Shown: one piece after another, positions 43,877-46,553 of the stretch
How positions within the stretch are numbered: the first letter of the stretch is position 1
How the letters are laid out: every line of letters begins with the position of its first letter
Source of the DNA: a virus
Lineage: Duplodnaviria; Caudoviricetes
Reading direction: 5' to 3' (one strand)
IMG/VR virus record: IMGVR_UViG_3300024998_000004
Coordinates: 1-46,553 of that record
DNA: 46,553 nucleotides
Translations under genes and position numbers: made by a program
Notes under the pieces: model-generated
What the model was told of the DNA's origin: nothing
Seen by the model: only the letters and a program-made list of their open reading frames with translations
Databases searched by the model: none

Positions 43877-44146
43877 TCATTGAAAATCCCCGAGCATCTT
43901 CGCGAGGTTGCGCAAGACTTGTGCAGGATCGGCTGTATTTTTTCTCCTCTCACCGTGTGACAATCTGGTCATCTCAACAGACCGCCGATCAGCAATGATC
44001 AGGCTTCGGATATATGAGCTATGCGATAAATCCAGTTCTTCCGCACGGGCCTTGCTCCAGTTATGTTCGTCGGCGGAAAGCATTACCGTGTCGCGAATAT
44101 CGCGGTTGTCGTGTCGGCTGAACAACGGATCGTTTTCGTCAACCAT
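43877..44146 (-). CDS. Small regulator in cII position (ribbon-helix-helix-like)
   Basis: AAGGA RBS; VMLS......ARA...DLSHSSYIRSLI. Confidence 0.55.
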   Translation of the reverse strand: MVDENDPLFSRHDNRDIRDTVMLSADEHNWSKARAEELDLSHSSYIRSLIIADRRSVEMTRLSHGERRKNTADPAQVLRNLAKMLGDFQ

Positions 44147-44160
44147 GATTCAATCCTTTA

Positions 44161-44220
44161 AAAAACCCCTCCCCGTCGGGAGGGACAAGCTACTCCGGCA
44201 CAAGAGGGAAAAAGCCGGAG
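44161..44220 (-). terminator. Twin hairpins, second with U-tract (tR1-like)
   Basis: CTCCGGC...GCCGGAG then CCCTCCC-GACG-GGGAGGG-GTTTTT on minus strand. Confidence 0.5.
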
Positions 44221-44297
44221 CAGAACAGAAAAGGTGGAGATTCCTGCTGTGGTAGAGTCTGATTTCCACATCAACTTCAATCACGAAAGGAACCTCC

Positions 44298-44657
44298 ATG
44301 AGCGAAAGCAAAACTATTCAGGCTCAGAATTTGACGCTGATGATTTACCTGCACGACGGGCAAGAAACGCTGCTGGCAGAATTCTGGAGAATTTGGCAAC
44401 CACCCAGTCGCGTGCTGCACGAATGGCGCGACGGCGTATTTCTGCTCGCACAGAACGCAATACTTTTCGATCAAGCCAAAGCTCATGATGTGCTTGTTCG
44501 AGTATGTCAGTCTCAACTGGCGAAAAATCGGGCGTATCTCTTGATTCCGGTCTCTTCGACGGACGGCTGGATAGCGGGAGGTACACCTTCCGCAGAGTCG
44601 AAAGCCATCCTAGAGCGCCTTTCGGTTCCAAATCCGGGTTTTTACCCTTCCTCATGA
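44298..44657 (+). CDS. Hypothetical protein, antisense moron
   Basis: AAAGGAA RBS; 119 aa. Confidence 0.68.
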   Translation: MSESKTIQAQNLTLMIYLHDGQETLLAEFWRIWQPPSRVLHEWRDGVFLLAQNAILFDQAKAHDVLVRVCQSQLAKNRAYLLIPVSSTDGWIAGGTPSAESKAILERLSVPNPGFYPSS

Positions 44658-44733
44658 TGAGATACAGTTCATATCCCAGGCTCACGCAACCTCCGGGGAG
44701 TTGAGTGCCACGCATTTGAGAAAATGAATTTCC

Positions 44734-45033
44734 ATGGATAAAAGAAAATTTTTTGTTGCTATATTCATTGATGTCCCAGATAGCTCGTACGCCAGGTTAT
44801 CGGAAGCATTCAAAGCGCTCTCCGACGATGACTATGAGATAGTTCACCTTCACAGAACAGGCGCCTTTTTTCTGGTAAATACCAGACACGACGCAAACAA
44901 AATTGCATATGCAATTTCAGATTTTGTGCGCGCGGATGACCGGCACCTCATCATTGAGTGTTCCGGTGATTGGTATACGTACGGTCTGAGCAAGGCGGCG
45001 GCGTGGCTTCAGCGCCATCACACCCAAAAATGA
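44734..45033 (+). CDS. Small ferredoxin-fold Cas2/VapD-like protein (tentative), antisense moron
   Basis: beta-strand+D, Y..L..A.K, H, FLV.T...A..I, D.LII, DW...L...A..WL pattern. Confidence 0.55.
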   Translation: MDKRKFFVAIFIDVPDSSYARLSEAFKALSDDDYEIVHLHRTGAFFLVNTRHDANKIAYAISDFVRADDRHLIIECSGDWYTYGLSKAAAWLQRHHTQK

Positions 45034-45132
45034 ACCGCATCTGAGCCTTCCGTATCGGATCGCTGATGAAATCGCAGAGCCGGGCAAGCCAGGCAATGGG
45101 ACTGCGAAAAAGAAGCCAGCCATGAAAGCGTT

Positions 45133-45693
45133 TCATGCAACCTCCGGGGAGTTGGTGCACAGCTCGGTAGCGATCAACGCCTCACGATATGGAAGCCAAT
45201 GCTCTATATCCGTACTTCCGGGAAAGGAAGTTGAATCTACCTCAATACCAAGGAGGGAAAACAACTTGAGAGCAGCGGACTTGTTGCGATACGGAGGATG
45301 ATTGTTTTGGAACGCAAACTGGAAATACCCTTTCTTTGGAATAGCTGGGCCTCGTCTCAAATTGCAAGAACGGCAGACCGGGTCCACTTCCAGCGGCCGG
45401 TTGTAATCCCTATGGTCATACTCGACGGCTTTGTTGCCACAATCGCTACATTTAAATTGCGTGGGATGCTTGAGAGCGCCAGACTTTATGGCGCCACAAA
45501 CCTGAGCCATAGCGCCGGCGCCGCCATGATCATGAAGGAAATATTTTCCCGAATAATTGATCGATGTCCTGCACGAAGAGCAACGGAAATATTGAGAACC
45601 TCCCCTAGCTCTTTCTTTTGTTCCACAAACACGGCATTTATATGTGCCGTACGCACCAATTGGGCGACCGAGCTTTACAGATGTTCCGGTCAC
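45133..45693 (-). CDS. Cys-rich HNH-like nuclease-domain protein
   Basis: CRVC, CSSC, AIKSGAL, CSDC...YDHRDYNRPLEV..VCRSCN; GTG start overlapping cro stop. Confidence 0.62.
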   Translation of the reverse strand: MTGTSVKLGRPIGAYGTYKCRVCGTKERARGGSQYFRCSSCRTSINYSGKYFLHDHGGAGAMAQVCGAIKSGALKHPTQFKCSDCGNKAVEYDHRDYNRPLEVDPVCRSCNLRRGPAIPKKGYFQFAFQNNHPPYRNKSAALKLFSLLGIEVDSTSFPGSTDIEHWLPYREALIATELCTNSPEVA

Positions 45694-45893
45694 GCGGCCA
45701 CCTCTTTCCTTGCACAAACTTCGGAGTGCAAAGCCAGCAAGGCTTGCGCATCAGCGAATTTGAGATCCGTTTGTTCACCACGATAAATATCGGAGACCCA
45801 TGATTGAGCTCTAGCCAACCGTGAAGCGATTTCGACTTGTGTCCAGCCTGCCGACACGATCTCGATCATTATTTGTTGAAAATTTGGATTCAT
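45690..45893 (-). CDS. cro: Cro-like HTH repressor
   Basis: GWTQVEIASRLARAQSWVSDI HTH; divergent from cI. Confidence 0.85.
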   Translation of the reverse strand: MNPNFQQIMIEIVSAGWTQVEIASRLARAQSWVSDIYRGEQTDLKFADAQALLALHSEVCARKEVAA

Positions 45894-45900
45894 AGTTATA

Positions 45901-45929
45901 AGAATATCGCTTACGCGATTATTTGTCAA
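45901..45929 (-). promoter_or_regulatory. PR-like sigma70 promoter
   Basis: TTGACA (45929-45924)-N17-TATTCT (45906-45901). Confidence 0.82.
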
Positions 45930-45966
45930 TCGCCTATGCGATCATTTTTTCTATCACAATTGCGAT
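45906..45966. promoter_or_regulatory. Three operators ATCGC-N4-GCGAT (OR1-3-like)
   Basis: ATCGCTTACGCGAT 45906, ATCGCCTATGCGAT 45929, ATCACAATTGCGAT 45953; 23-24 bp spacing. Confidence 0.88.
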
Positions 45967-45967
45967 A

Positions 45968-46465
45968 ATGGATACGTTAGGGAAAAGACTGAAAGCGGCT
46001 AGAGAGACTTTCAAGCCGAAAAAGTTAACGCAAAAGCAGGTTGCGGATCGGGCAGGTATCGCCCAAGCAACGGTGGCCGATATAGAGAGAGGAAGAAATG
46101 AGACTACGACAAAATTACCAGATCTTGCCTATGCGGTGAGTTGCTCGTTGAATTGGTTGGCCACCGGCAAAGGGGAAATGAGGGGTAGCGATATACCAAG
46201 TAAACCGAGCGATGGGAACAATCAAACGGAACCAAACCTCACCGATGAGCAGCAACATATCCTTTCGGTGATGGAGGCCATAGGCCCAGAGGCCAGAAAG
46301 GCCCTTCTTCAGACGGCGTCTCTTCTCGCCAAATCGCATCAGTCAGTAGTGACTACCACGGAAAAACCACATCCCGAGCGCGGTGTAATAACTCCTTCCA
46401 AGAATATAAAATATCCGCCGCTACCGGAAAGGCGGATTCGGAATAGGAGGGAATCAGATGGCTGA
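45968..46465 (+). CDS. cI: CI-like XRE repressor without an S24 peptidase domain
   Basis: TLGKRLKAARE...LTQKQVADRAGIAQATVADIERG...WLATGKG; short C-terminus. Confidence 0.88.
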   Translation: MDTLGKRLKAARETFKPKKLTQKQVADRAGIAQATVADIERGRNETTTKLPDLAYAVSCSLNWLATGKGEMRGSDIPSKPSDGNNQTEPNLTDEQQHILSVMEAIGPEARKALLQTASLLAKSHQSVVTTTEKPHPERGVITPSKNIKYPPLPERRIRNRRESDG

Positions 46466-46553
46466 GAGGGAGCCACCATTAAAGCTAGTACACCCAGAAA
46501 TATCGCATGATACGGTGCAAGCCCTGGAAACTCTTTTGACGAAAGCGAAGGAG
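46458..46553 (+). CDS. Partial hypothetical protein downstream of cI
   Basis: AGGAGGG RBS; MAEREPPLKLVHPEISHDTVQALETLLTKAKE, open to window end. Confidence 0.65.
   Translation, partial: MAEREPPLKLVHPEISHDTVQALETLLTKAKE

Larger units (their letters stand above)
1..46553. mobile_element. Temperate podovirus-like phage/prophage (partial: immunity switch to end of virion genes; integrase/att not in window)
   Basis: Continuous phage gene order cI/cro-replication-RusA-Q-like-terS-terL-portal-scaffold-capsid-tail-ejection; no host housekeeping genes; no tape-measure or sheath gene. Confidence 0.96.

Noticed and set aside
44951-45136. Minus-strand ORF MKRFHGWLL... coupled to the HNH-like gene
   Set aside because: ATGA overlap is suggestive, but it runs antisense into the 44734-45033 gene and has no recognisable motif; left uncalled
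1-46553. tRNA, rRNA, integrase, att sites
   Set aside because: None recognisable by eye; prophage ends lie outside the window

Overview
The whole window is the core of a temperate, short-tailed (podovirus-like) phage or prophage. The host is probably a betaproteobacterium; this is inferred from protein families and not shown by the sequence. Almost everything is on the minus strand. Read right to left it contains: (1) a lambdoid cI/cro switch with three operators; (2) an early operon with an HNH-like gene, two antisense morons, a cII-position gene, a DUF4942 adenine methyltransferase, a replication initiator with internal iterons, a loader-like gene, RusA, nin-like genes and a Q-like regulator; (3) a late operon with spanins, terS/terL, KTSC, a P22-like portal, a beta-helix protein, scaffold, an N4-gp56-type major capsid, adaptors and a tail fibre; (4) a glycosyltransferase moron and a mixed lysis/nucleotide-metabolism cluster with a SAR endolysin; (5) a tail tubular protein, an inserted lectin/repeat module, a GNAT, an HNH, ejection proteins and a 2323-aa LPD38-type polyvalent protein. 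No integrase, att site, tRNA, rRNA, CRISPR array or reverse transcriptase is visible. The most notable items are: a nested out-of-frame gene plus terminator inside the polyvalent gene; a late-operon glycosyltransferase together with Ser/Thr-rich virion repeats; a phosphoesterase/membrane/dNTP-diphosphohydrolase cassette within the lysis genes; a structured direct-repeat leader before the scaffold gene; DnaA boxes between terS and terL; and candidate defence morons. All family assignments come from motif recognition by eye, not database searches.
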